A DNA stretch of 62,249 nucleotides from Ignavibacteria bacterium (GTDB lineage: Bacteria > Bacteroidota > Ignavibacteria > Palsa-1295), in NCBI GenBank assembly GCA_013287605.1, contig JABDDM010000006.1, positions 1 to 62,249 on the forward strand. Direction: 5' to 3'. The notes beneath the pieces are model-generated. The model was not told the origin of the DNA. It worked only from the letters and a program-made list of their open reading frames with translations, and did not search any database. Every line of letters begins with the position of its first letter. Position 1 is the first letter of the stretch. Position numbers and translations under genes: made by a program. Shown in pieces: positions 49,816 to 58,567 of this stretch.

Positions 49816-51558
49816 ATGGAATCATTGGCTACCACATTACACGGTCCGCTTCGCTGGAAACCGCTTGCGCAACTTGTCATCACGCTCTGCGCGCTCTGTC
49901 TTCTCTCTGCAACAAAGATTGTCGCTGCTCCATCGTACCAAACGCAGCCGTCCGATACACTCACGTTTAACTCACAACTCGGTGCCACCGATAGCTCCAG
50001 AGTTGAGGTGTGGTCAGGCTCTGACAGTAACCGCATTGACACCACACATCAGGGGACGATCAACGTGAGCGTGACCGGAACAGGATTCAGCCTGGTCACT
50101 GCTTCGAGTTTTTACCATAAAGGGGTCTCGGAAATCTGGGTGCGCTTTCACCCTACTTCGCTTGGTACGCACTTCGGAAAGCTGATCCTGACATCATCGC
50201 TCGGCAATGATACTGTCACCCTGCAAGGCTACACATTTGCGCATCAACCGGTATCGATCAATCTCTATGGATCCAGATTCGATACGATCGCCCCAAACAC
50301 ACTTCAGTGTTACTGGATGACGATCTACAACCCGAATGATTCCGCTGTCTTGCTAGACTCGCTTACAACGTTTGCGAATGGACTTGCTTCGTATCGCATC
50401 GCACTCGGCTCACATCCATCGCTGCCTCATCTACTTCGTGGCTGGGACACCGTTGGCTTCTATCTTTGCGTCAATGATTCGGGATTGACTTCGCAAACCA
50501 TATCAGGCGGTGCGACCCTCTACTATACCGATGCATACGGAGTGCATGATAACGCAGCCATCACACTCACTTTAGTTATTGCGGCTAACGGCGGCGCATG
50601 TTTCGAAGCCATGACCGGCTCGAACGGCCAACTCCAATTTTATCAGGAGTTGACCGACACAACGGTCAAGCCTCTCATCCTCCACAACATCTCATCGGCG
50701 CCGCTTGTGATCTCCGGAGCAAAAATCTCCGGAGCCGAATTTAGCTTCAAGGGCACACCCTATCCAGATACAGTCGCTGCTGGTGCATACGACACTGTGC
50801 AAGTCCAGTTCGGTACTTCAGGATTCCAGTACGGAAACTATCCGACCGGCTCGTTGAGTCTCAGCATAACAGGAGTCAACTCGTTGCCACCTTGTACCTA
50901 CTTCGACTATGGTATGACGGGCAGCATTTACCTGCCAGTTGAAGATTCGAGCTATGTCAACATGTTTCCCGATAGCTCGGTTACCTTGTCGATTGGCTCT
51001 ACGCACGAGCATTCCCTCCACTTATTCTTTTTCAAGAATAACGGATCGACCAACGTGCGCGTCACGAGCGTCAGCTTCACGGGATCTGATTCCTCATACT
51101 TCAATGTCGCTTACGCATATCGATTTGATACGATTGCGCCCGGCGGTACCCTCTTCCTGCTTGTCGAGCTCAATGCTCCAACGCAGCGCACGTACAAAGC
51201 CGATCTGGTCCTGACGATTCAGAACGGACTTGTTTCTCAGCATTTCAGGATCAATGCAACGCGCAGAAGCGCGACGCAAGGTGTTGCTCCGATTGCGTTT
51301 GCTAACCAGCACGACTTCAACGTATCTCCAAATCCTTCGCATGGCACGCTGAACATCGAAGTTCCTGGCGCACGCGAGGCAACGATACAAGTCTACAATG
51401 TTCTTGGAGCACTGGTGGCTTCGCAACACGCGACGTCATGGAGGTGGAATGAGAGTTCGTCTGGTCTACCAAACGGGACTTATGTCGTCAGAGTGATCGG
51501 CAAAGACCTCATCAATGCTACGTTTACTTCATCGAAGATGATCGTGATCGAACATTAA
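49816..51558 (+). CDS. Secreted multi-Ig/ASH-domain protein with T9SS CTD
   Basis: Signal peptide; repeated VRFHP..GKLIL..TVTLQG type modules; CTD VSPNPS..VYNVLG..LPNGTYVV..SKMIVIEH. Confidence 0.85.
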   Translation: MESLATTLHGPLRWKPLAQLVITLCALCLLSATKIVAAPSYQTQPSDTLTFNSQLGATDSSRVEVWSGSDSNRIDTTHQGTINVSVTGTGFSLVTASSFYHKGVSEIWVRFHPTSLGTHFGKLILTSSLGNDTVTLQGYTFAHQPVSINLYGSRFDTIAPNTLQCYWMTIYNPNDSAVLLDSLTTFANGLASYRIALGSHPSLPHLLRGWDTVGFYLCVNDSGLTSQTISGGATLYYTDAYGVHDNAAITLTLVIAANGGACFEAMTGSNGQLQFYQELTDTTVKPLILHNISSAPLVISGAKISGAEFSFKGTPYPDTVAAGAYDTVQVQFGTSGFQYGNYPTGSLSLSITGVNSLPPCTYFDYGMTGSIYLPVEDSSYVNMFPDSSVTLSIGSTHEHSLHLFFFKNNGSTNVRVTSVSFTGSDSSYFNVAYAYRFDTIAPGGTLFLLVELNAPTQRTYKADLVLTIQNGLVSQHFRINATRRSATQGVAPIAFANQHDFNVSPNPSHGTLNIEVPGAREATIQVYNVLGALVASQHATSWRWNESSSGLPNGTYVVRVIGKDLINATFTSSKMIVIEH

Positions 51559-51579
51559 GTAATCCGTCAATTGGGGAGC

Positions 51580-51609
51580 GAGGAGGTCAGGCGATTGCCT
51601 GGCCTTCTT
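51580..51609 (+). terminator. Intrinsic terminator hairpin between convergent genes
   Basis: GAGGAGGTCAGGC-GATT-GCCTGGCCTTCTT (G-U pairs on the + strand), then a T-rich tail. Confidence 0.65.
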
Positions 51610-51613
51610 CATT

Positions 51614-53113
51614 TTATTTCTTGATCAGCCGAACGCTCTCTTCAAGGTTTGCAAACGGAACGATCGTTTCGCTCGTCGTATCAACCGGCCAACTCTGCAC
51701 GATCGTGTCGACATCAAGGCCATACATCTTGATGCCATCGTACAACCCTTTTTGCCTGATGCTTGCAGCTCTCAGAGGCTTGTCTTTGCTGATCCCGATC
51801 AGATCATCTTCAAAGAGAAGCTTGTACTTCGGAAAGTAGTACATGAGATAGTCATCCGTATGCTGCGACATCGCGCCAATAGGCAGGATTTGCATCAGCA
51901 CTTTATCATCTCCGATCTCGATCGTTGAATCGAACGTCTGAAGGCGCAGTGCTCTTGGCTCTTTCTCCAACAGATCCGGATGAAGATGATGAGTGAAGGT
52001 CACAAGTTGCCTTATATAGTTGGTGTCTTGTGGTTGCGACAGGATCGTCACACCTGCATGAACGAGTGCCCGAACGCCACCAAGATACCAGGGATGATGA
52101 TGCCCAAACAGGAAGTACTTGATCTGCTTCTTTGGAAACAATTCGTGCGCCTTCGTTAAGATCAACTCACCGTTCTCTGCGCTCAGTGGTGCTTCAGCGA
52201 TCAGAAGATAGTCTTTGAAATTGACCAGCAACACTCGAGTGGCCGCCGGTTGCAACTCAAAGAAATAGATGTGCTCGTTATATCTCGTTGAGGTGATTAC
52301 CGGTTTTGCCTTTGCTGCTGGCGGAGCGAGATTGTAGCCTGTTGGAATCCGAGCGACAATGAGTGTCGAATCAGCTCTTATCGTTTCTCGCTTGATCCGA
52401 AGATCATTCATCAGAATCCCGAACGTGCGCTCTTCGACATGACTCGGATAACGAGACCGCCCGCTGCTGTCATACAAGAGATATTCGACACGCCTGACAA
52501 CATCGCCCAACATATCGTCAGCGTACATAACATCGATCGTACTTACCAAGGAAGTTGCTGGATCGATAACAATCGTGATATGCCGATCGCCTGCGGCAAC
52601 ATAGAGGATCGAAGCTGTCTTGCCTGACACAAACTTGAAGAATCTACTTTCTGCCGAGCGAAGAAAATCCTGAAGAACGAGACGTGGCGTGAAGATCGAG
52701 GACTGATAGAGAAAGTCGTCACGATCGTCAGTCGTCGATGCGCCTGCTGTTGTGTCGCCGTAATCTATATCCGCAAACGTCTTTCGATCAAGATATTGAT
52801 ATGATGGAAATTTCTTGTCGTGCAGCAGCATCGTATCGGCGACGAAGAGTCCGCTGCCAGCATCGACGAGCATAAATCTTCCGCGCATTTGCCGATCAAT
52901 CGTCTGCCATGGTTTTGGCGAGTGATAAAACCGGTGACGTTCGCGGGTATAGACAAACGAACCATTCGTCGATGCTAGCGTAGCTATAGTGTGCTCAACA
53001 AGTTGTTTTGCTTTCAGATAACTCGCGTGATGAGGATCAGCGCTTGCTCTAGCAACATAGGAGCAACAAAGGAGAAGGACTAACGCAGTTGGAAGAGACC
53101 GGGATCGAAACAC
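51614..53113 (-). CDS. Exported metallo-beta-lactamase-fold protein with atypical metal motif
   Basis: LIAEAP..KQIKYFLFGHHHPWYLGGVR..HTDDYLMYYFP..LLFEDDL. Confidence 0.75.
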   Translation of the reverse strand: MFRSRSLPTALVLLLCCSYVARASADPHHASYLKAKQLVEHTIATLASTNGSFVYTRERHRFYHSPKPWQTIDRQMRGRFMLVDAGSGLFVADTMLLHDKKFPSYQYLDRKTFADIDYGDTTAGASTTDDRDDFLYQSSIFTPRLVLQDFLRSAESRFFKFVSGKTASILYVAAGDRHITIVIDPATSLVSTIDVMYADDMLGDVVRRVEYLLYDSSGRSRYPSHVEERTFGILMNDLRIKRETIRADSTLIVARIPTGYNLAPPAAKAKPVITSTRYNEHIYFFELQPAATRVLLVNFKDYLLIAEAPLSAENGELILTKAHELFPKKQIKYFLFGHHHPWYLGGVRALVHAGVTILSQPQDTNYIRQLVTFTHHLHPDLLEKEPRALRLQTFDSTIEIGDDKVLMQILPIGAMSQHTDDYLMYYFPKYKLLFEDDLIGISKDKPLRAASIRQKGLYDGIKMYGLDVDTIVQSWPVDTTSETIVPFANLEESVRLIKK

Positions 53114-53136
53114 TTGAGGACCTCCACTTCAATATT

Positions 53137-53167
53137 GTAGGAGCCGAGCAAAACACTCGGCTCCCAC
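53137..53167. repeat. GTAG-initiated palindrome just downstream of rplA (REP-like or terminator)
   Basis: GTAGGAGCCGAG-CAAAACA-CTCGGCTCCCAC; no U tract. Confidence 0.65.
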
Positions 53168-53176
53168 GTAGAGAAC

Positions 53177-53881
53177 TTAGCCGTGAGCCTTGACTGCTTC
53201 TGCTGTATCGAGCTTCACACTTGGTCCCATGGTGCTCGAAAGCGCCACTGACTTCATGTACTGCCCTTTTGCCGTTGCTGGCTTTGCACGAAGGATCGTC
53301 ATCAGGAACATGTTGATATTGTCAACCAGCTTATCGGCATCGAACGAAGCTTTGCCGACAGTCGAGTGGACGTTGCCACCCTTATCGACACGGAATTCGA
53401 TCTTACCTGCCTTGACTTCCTTTACCGCTGTCCCGACATCCGTCGTGACCGTGCCCGACTTCGGGTTCGGCATCAATCCGCGCGGTCCGAGAATTCGGCC
53501 GAGCTTTCCGAGTTCACCCATCACTTCTGGCGTAGCGATGATGACGTCGGTATCTGTCCAGCCGCCCTTGATCTTCTCAAGGATAGTCTCGAAACCCGCT
53601 TCGTCAGCACCGGCTGCAAGAGCAGCTGCTTCCTGATTACGAGTCACGACCGTTACGCGGACGGTCTTGCCGATTCCATGTGGAAGCGAAACTGTGCCGC
53701 GAATGGCCTGATCTGCTTTGCGTGGATCGACGCCGAGCTTGATCGCAATATCGATCGACTCATCGAACTTTGCTGTCGCAAGCTTTTTCACCTGCTTGAC
53801 TGCATCGTTGATCGCCATCGTCGACTGCTTCTCGCCGAGCGTCTTCTTAAGATTGTTGTAGCGCTTACCGTGTTGTGCCAT
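53177..53881 (-). CDS. rplA: 50S ribosomal protein uL1
   Basis: [39 protein letters not shown]. Confidence 0.98.
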   Translation of the reverse strand: MAQHGKRYNNLKKTLGEKQSTMAINDAVKQVKKLATAKFDESIDIAIKLGVDPRKADQAIRGTVSLPHGIGKTVRVTVVTRNQEAAALAAGADEAGFETILEKIKGGWTDTDVIIATPEVMGELGKLGRILGPRGLMPNPKSGTVTTDVGTAVKEVKAGKIEFRVDKGGNVHSTVGKASFDADKLVDNINMFLMTILRAKPATAKGQYMKSVALSSTMGPSVKLDTAEAVKAHG

Positions 53882-53885
53882 TGTC

Positions 53886-54311
53886 TTATCCCTCCACGGT
53901 TAAGCCCATCGAACGGGCGGTACCAGCTACCATACTTGCTGCTGCTTCAATGGAAGCTGCATTCAAATCAGGCATCTTGAGCTTAGCGATCTCAGTTACC
54001 TGAGCCATCGTTACTTTGCCGACCTTCGTACGATTCGATTCCTTTGAACCCTTCTCGAGGCCGGAAGCCTTGAGCAACAGCACTGCTGCCGGTGGGGTCT
54101 TGGTAATAAAGGTAAAGCTCTTATCGGAGAAGACAGTGATGACCACGGGGATGATCATGCCGTCCTGTTTCTGCGTCTTCGCATTGAACTGCTTGCAGAA
54201 CTCCATAATATTGACGCCCTTTTGTCCTAGCGCGGGTCCGACTGGCGGCGCAGGATTCGCCTTGCCGGCCGGGATCTGGAGTTTGATATATCCAGTAATC
54301 TTCTTAGCCAT
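53886..54311 (-). CDS. rplK: 50S ribosomal protein uL11
   Basis: [36 protein letters not shown]. Confidence 0.98.
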   Translation of the reverse strand: MAKKITGYIKLQIPAGKANPAPPVGPALGQKGVNIMEFCKQFNAKTQKQDGMIIPVVITVFSDKSFTFITKTPPAAVLLLKASGLEKGSKESNRTKVGKVTMAQVTEIAKLKMPDLNAASIEAAASMVAGTARSMGLTVEG

Positions 54312-54326
54312 TGTTCTATACGGTTA

Positions 54327-54362
54327 GTGGTCCAAACGCCCGCCGCAAAGCGAAGCTCCCAC
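54327..54362 (-). promoter_or_regulatory. Putative L1-binding autoregulatory leader of rplK-rplA
   Basis: GUGGGAGC...GC-GUUUGGA-CCAC: GUGG/CCAC stem with a GA-containing asymmetric loop, 15 nt before the ATG, as in known L1 operators. Confidence 0.65.
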
Positions 54363-54417
54363 AGTGATAAAAACTGACCATCCAATTGCTCAGGCGGTCT
54401 TAGGAATGCGGTTTTTT

Positions 54418-54442
54418 AACGGTTTTGAGCCGTCAAAGTTCC
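54418..54442 (-). promoter_or_regulatory. Putative ECF-sigma promoter upstream of rplK
   Basis: GGAAC-N16-CGTT on the minus strand; similar motif at 57187..57212. Confidence 0.4.
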
Positions 54443-54450
54443 TTTCTCGG

Positions 54451-54478
54451 CAGGGAACAGGGAATAGGGACCAGGGAA
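54451..54478. repeat. Heptamer tandem repeat (4 units)
   Basis: CAGGGAA CAGGGAA TAGGGAC CAGGGAA. Confidence 0.8.
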
Positions 54479-54496
54479 CGGTGGGTTCAGACACGC

Positions 54497-54544
54497 TGTG
54501 AAAACTTTTTTCATGAATAGTGGGCTTTTTGAATGATTTTTGGC
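54497..54544. repeat. 48-bp dispersed intergenic element, copy 2
   Basis: TGTGAAAACTTTTTTCATGAA-TAGTGGG-CTTTTTGA-ATG-ATTTTT-GGC; see 12756..12803. Confidence 0.8.
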
Positions 54545-54610
54545 GATCGGAGCTAACTCACCCTCAGCGCTGGGAGACATTGCAGTTTCCGAATTGCTAG
54601 AACTCAACGC

Positions 54611-55171
54611 CTATTTTATTAAGACGAAAGTCATTCTTAATCTCGCACTCGTATCGAAAACCCCATTCGCCGAGTAGTCCTCATGAGTAATGTTGTATTC
54701 GTGAGGCCTTCCAGTCGGCGCATAGTGAACATGATGGTGTTCCGCCGAAAGCACTAAATCCTTGGTTGGTTGGACGTCAACGAGGAGGATTGAATCGTGC
54801 AATACAGAATACGGGACGTTTTTGCATAGCAACTGGTCACTCAATTCATCACCAAAAATTGGAATTTGGCCATCCGCGTAATAAGAGCTGAATTGTCCGG
54901 AGATGAGCTGGTGAATTTGATCAACGAAAAAAACGCCGGAGTTAATGCCGTTACAAAAACTACTTGTATCAATGAGAGGCGCGTTATTACATGGTGCCCT
55001 TGAAACATCTGAATCGCCATAGCCTGGCAATCTTACAGAGTAAAGAGATGCAGTCATTGACCTCACCTTGACCTTGACGTATTGAGGTACGTTGGAGTCG
55101 TTAGGGCCCGAACTTGTCTTGCAAGCCCCAAGACCGACAAGTAGGAAGACGACAAGCAGATATTTATTCAT
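54611..55171 (-). CDS. Lipoprotein, paralog A, unknown function
   Basis: Lipobox LGAC; shares KVxVRSxTASL, ISGQ, VPYxxLHDSILLVDV, THEDY and FDxxARL with its neighbour. Confidence 0.85.
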   Translation of the reverse strand: MNKYLLVVFLLVGLGACKTSSGPNDSNVPQYVKVKVRSMTASLYSVRLPGYGDSDVSRAPCNNAPLIDTSSFCNGINSGVFFVDQIHQLISGQFSSYYADGQIPIFGDELSDQLLCKNVPYSVLHDSILLVDVQPTKDLVLSAEHHHVHYAPTGRPHEYNITHEDYSANGVFDTSARLRMTFVLIK

Positions 55172-55247
55172 GATCGTGTGAAGTCCGTATTTGAGCTAGC
55201 TATGCTTACTTTTCCAGAACCAGAGTTATCTGCCGATCGTGACAATC

Positions 55248-55814
55248 TCATTTGCTGAAAACAATCGTAAGCTTTAACCTCGCGGTTCCATCGAAGTCTG
55301 CTACCGTCGTATAATCCTCATGTGTTTCATGATAGTCATGTGGGGCGGGTTCCCAGTAGTAAGCATGATGGTATGCTGCCAAAGGCACTAGCTCCTTAGT
55401 AGGCAGAACGTCTACGAGTAGGATTGAATCATGCAGGATATAGTACGGCACTTGGTTCAACTGTAACATATCGGACCACAACTCGGCGCCGTTAGGAACC
55501 ATACCCCAGGAATCCCAGGAGCGCAATTGACCAGAAATTACGAGGTGAAGCTTATCGATAAGAAGATAGCCTGAGTTATTTGTGTTAGCGTAGCTGCTCG
55601 TATCACCGAGCGTCGTATCCCTATACGGGTAATCACCTCGAATTGGCAATGTTATTGGGACAGCGCCATTGCTGTTTACAAAATTCGCTCCGGTAAGTGA
55701 CGCTGTTATCGACCTCACCCTGACCTTGAGGAATTGAGGTGTGTCGGGTCCAGCAGGCATTTTGCATGCTCCAACGCCGGCTAAAAGGAGGATGACTGCC
55801 AGATATTTTTTCAT
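55248..55814 (-). CDS. Lipoprotein, paralog B, unknown function
   Basis: Start MKKYLAVILL, lipobox VGAC; same conserved blocks as paralog A. Confidence 0.85.
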   Translation of the reverse strand: MKKYLAVILLLAGVGACKMPAGPDTPQFLKVRVRSITASLTGANFVNSNGAVPITLPIRGDYPYRDTTLGDTSSYANTNNSGYLLIDKLHLVISGQLRSWDSWGMVPNGAELWSDMLQLNQVPYYILHDSILLVDVLPTKELVPLAAYHHAYYWEPAPHDYHETHEDYTTVADFDGTARLKLTIVFSK

Positions 55815-56008
55815 GATCGCACGAGGTCCGTTCGTTGAAAGACTCTTGAGCAAGCGAAACAATATGAGGATGAGGGATTCACAACCATCCTCCTTTGCCG
55901 TATCGGCAGGCAAATAAGAAGCCTTACTCTCACTCAAGAACGCCGAGACAGGCCAATCGTTACACGCGAAGGTCCAATTAGACGAGTGAATGTCGCCCTC
56001 AGAACGAA

Positions 56009-57043
56009 CTAGTCACGTAGAAACTGGTACTCCCGAACAGCCTCGCTGGCAACTGGCTGATCCGAAGCCTCATTTGACGTCGATTCAATTGCCGGATAGT
56101 TGAATCCTTCCTTATCAATCATTCCATGAGATTCCTCGTCGGGCTCGGAATGACATTCTGCAGATTCTGCACCTCCCGCACCCTCTGTCCAATCTTCCTC
56201 TTCGTCTATTTCGCAATCATCCGGCAGCACTACCACGGAGTCCGCCATCGCCTGCAGCTTTCCGAGCGGACCGCGACCCAGCCAACCTGCGTGCATGTTC
56301 TTTCTAACCTCCTGGGTAAAGATGACGATCGTCACAGCCAGCTCTCGCTGCCATTTCATTAACTCCAGGGCGATCGCATCTTTTTGTCGTTGGCTCATGG
56401 CGATAAATTCGAATGCATTGATCACGATGGTCGTGAATTGATTGTCTTTGATCAGCTTGCGGATCTTCTCAAGCTGCTCGGGCCAGGTGCCGATCGGACA
56501 ATTCAAAATGCCGAACGGCATATCGGCGCGCAGCTCGACCAGTTTCTCGTCAAGCAGTTCGTGCGCCGCATCGCGAAGTGTCTCGAGTGTCGCGTAGCTA
56601 TTGACATAGAGCACCCGGACTTCATCCGAGTTTTTCCAGGCATAAGGCGTCCCCGGTTTCGCCTTGTAGTCAAAGATCGCAATCCTCTCCGGTGCACCTA
56701 GTTTGAGCTCCTCTTCAGTCGCGAGCCGGGAGCGCGGATCCTTATCCCAGATGTAGCCCCCGCCTGCATACCCAGTGTTCTTGACGGGTGAATCATTCGA
56801 CATACGAAGGGCCATCATGAGGCTCATCTTAATGTTCGTCCGAATATTTCGGCAAGCGATGATTTGTAATCCGTGCTTATGCGTAACAAACGCAGGCATC
56901 CCGCCCTTTTTCGTCGGAGTTTTATACTTAGGATCAGTCGATGAATAGATGACGGTCTTGGGTCCCGGTATCGAGGCCGCAGCCTCCATCTCAAGATCAC
57001 CAAGCGGAAAAAACGTTATCGGAAGCGTGGAAGGAATATTCAT
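56009..57043 (-). CDS. Hypothetical protein; degenerate RecA/DnaB (SF4 helicase, AAA_25-like) fold with acidic tail
   Basis: Ordered motif remnants GLQIIACRNIRTNIKMSLMMAL, RVLYVNSY, TIVINAFEFI, RELAVTIVIFTQ, GKLQAMADSVVVL. Confidence 0.6.
   Translation of the reverse strand: MNIPSTLPITFFPLGDLEMEAAASIPGPKTVIYSSTDPKYKTPTKKGGMPAFVTHKHGLQIIACRNIRTNIKMSLMMALRMSNDSPVKNTGYAGGGYIWDKDPRSRLATEEELKLGAPERIAIFDYKAKPGTPYAWKNSDEVRVLYVNSYATLETLRDAAHELLDEKLVELRADMPFGILNCPIGTWPEQLEKIRKLIKDNQFTTIVINAFEFIAMSQRQKDAIALELMKWQRELAVTIVIFTQEVRKNMHAGWLGRGPLGKLQAMADSVVVLPDDCEIDEEEDWTEGAGGAESAECHSEPDEESHGMIDKEGFNYPAIESTSNEASDQPVASEAVREYQFLRD
56128..56155 (-). repeat. TGTC-type REP-like palindrome embedded in-frame in the CDS
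   Basis: Minus strand TGTCATTCCGAGCCCGACGAGGAATCTC (ATTCC/GGAAT stem), translated as CHSEPDEES. Confidence 0.6.
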
Positions 57044-57186
57044 AGTTGTAAATGTTAGGGAAGGGAATCCCGATGAAGGTTATTAACAGACTTAAGTAGA
57101 GCAACAAATAGCTCGGATGCCGGACGCCAGGGAATGGCGCGGGCTAAAATTTATTGATCAGACGAGGAGCTTGCCTCAATCCTTAA

Positions 57187-57212
57187 AACGCCCGGATAGA
57201 GCGTAAAGTTCC
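57187..57212 (-). promoter_or_regulatory. Putative ECF-sigma promoter of the 56009..57043 gene
   Basis: GGAAC-N17-CGTT on the minus strand, about 145 nt upstream of the ATG. Confidence 0.4.
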
Positions 57213-57345
57213 AGAATAGATGCCCTTTATGTATTTAGAAGTTAGTAATTCTCACTGAAAAACCACCCTTCCATAGACCTCCTTTTTTAAGAAAGGCCGA
57301 TTGAGAGGGAACTCGCTACCCTTCACTCTGTTCATTCTCGTATGT

Positions 57346-57361
57346 GTAGCCACATGACTAC
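57346..57361. promoter_or_regulatory. Putative ArsR operator
   Basis: Imperfect inverted repeat GTAGCCA-CA-TGACTAC 3 nt before the ArsR ATG. Confidence 0.6.
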
Positions 57362-57364
57362 GTA

Positions 57365-57688
57365 ATGAATTTAAGACGAGACGTATTTCAAGCCATCGCA
57401 GACCCGACAAGAAGGGCTATCCTTCTGTTGGTTGCTTCGCAATCGATGACAGCGGGTGCGATAGCCTCACACTTTGACACAGCAAGACCAACCGTTTCAA
57501 AACACTTGCAAATACTCACCGAGTGTGAATTGCTTGAACACGAGCAGCACGGCAGAGCAATTTACTATCACACCAATGCAAAACAAATGAAAGAAGTAGC
57601 CGACTTTATTGAACCATTCCGCAAACTGTGGGATGATAGGTTTAATAAATTGGAAACAATAATGAACGCCTACAAGACCAGGAAATAG
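57365..57688 (+). CDS. ArsR/SmtB family transcriptional regulator
   Basis: [25 protein letters not shown]. Confidence 0.93.
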   Translation: MNLRRDVFQAIADPTRRAILLLVASQSMTAGAIASHFDTARPTVSKHLQILTECELLEHEQHGRAIYYHTNAKQMKEVADFIEPFRKLWDDRFNKLETIMNAYKTRK

Positions 57689-57694
57689 AATACC

Positions 57695-58162
57695 ATGGGA
57701 CACAAAACACAAATCAATGCCGAAGATGGCAAACAGGACTTAGTGATTACAAGGGAATTCGATTTGCCATTGGAATTACTTTTTAAAGCGTATGTAGAGC
57801 CTGAGATTGTTGAGCAATGGATGGGAACGACAGTGCTGAAACTTGAAAATAAAAAGCACGGCAGTTATCAATTTGAAACAAGCGATGCACAGGGACACGT
57901 AGTATTTCGGGCCAATGGGGTGATCCATGACTTTAGCCCGAACCAGAACATCACACGGACATTTGAAATGGAGAATACGCCTTTTGGCGTCCAGCTTGAG
58001 TTCTTAGACTTTGAAAAACTCACTGACCACACGAGTAAGTTAAATATGCACACCATTTATGAATCGGTTGCACTCAGAGACCAGGTGCTGCAGTTACCCT
58101 TTGCTCAAGGCATCAACATGGCACATAACCGATTGGAAGACATCGTAAGCCAATTGAAATAA
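57695..58162 (+). CDS. SRPBCC (AHSA1-like) domain protein
   Basis: LVITREFDLP..LFKAY..EQWMG; ITRTFEME. Confidence 0.88.
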   Translation: MGHKTQINAEDGKQDLVITREFDLPLELLFKAYVEPEIVEQWMGTTVLKLENKKHGSYQFETSDAQGHVVFRANGVIHDFSPNQNITRTFEMENTPFGVQLEFLDFEKLTDHTSKLNMHTIYESVALRDQVLQLPFAQGINMAHNRLEDIVSQLK

Positions 58163-58168
58163 CGCATT

Positions 58169-58558
58169 ATGACAAAGAGAAATAAGATCATCTACTGGAT
58201 CGCTACGATCTGGCTCGCATTAGGAATGGTCTCAACCGGAGCAGTACAGTTATTCAAAGGGAAAGCGGGAGCGGGAGGAGAAGATATGATTACACAGTTG
58301 GGCTATCCTCTCTATCTTCTAACGCTACTCGGTATTTGGAAACTTCTGGGAGTTGTAGCATTGCTTATTCCTAAATTCCCTTTACTAAAGGAATGGACTT
58401 ATGCAGGCTTGTTCTTTGCCATGACGGGGGCGGCATTTTCACATATCGCAGCCGGTACCGTGAATGAAATATTTCCCTCGTTGCTTCTACTAATCCTGAC
58501 TGTGGTATCGTGGTATTTCAGGCCTGCGGATAGAACAATCATTTCGGTTCATCAATAA
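58169..58558 (+). CDS. DoxX-like membrane protein
   Basis: IIYWIAT, LGYPLY..LGIWKLLG, LKEWTYAG, AFSH, SWYFRP. Confidence 0.88.
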   Translation: MTKRNKIIYWIATIWLALGMVSTGAVQLFKGKAGAGGEDMITQLGYPLYLLTLLGIWKLLGVVALLIPKFPLLKEWTYAGLFFAMTGAAFSHIAAGTVNEIFPSLLLLILTVVSWYFRPADRTIISVHQ

Positions 58559-58567
58559 ATAAATAGC

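Noticed and set aside
54416-54514. MKKVFT-starting small ORFs within the 48-bp element
   Set aside because: The two copies diverge right after six codons and give unrelated short peptides, so the conservation is at DNA level.
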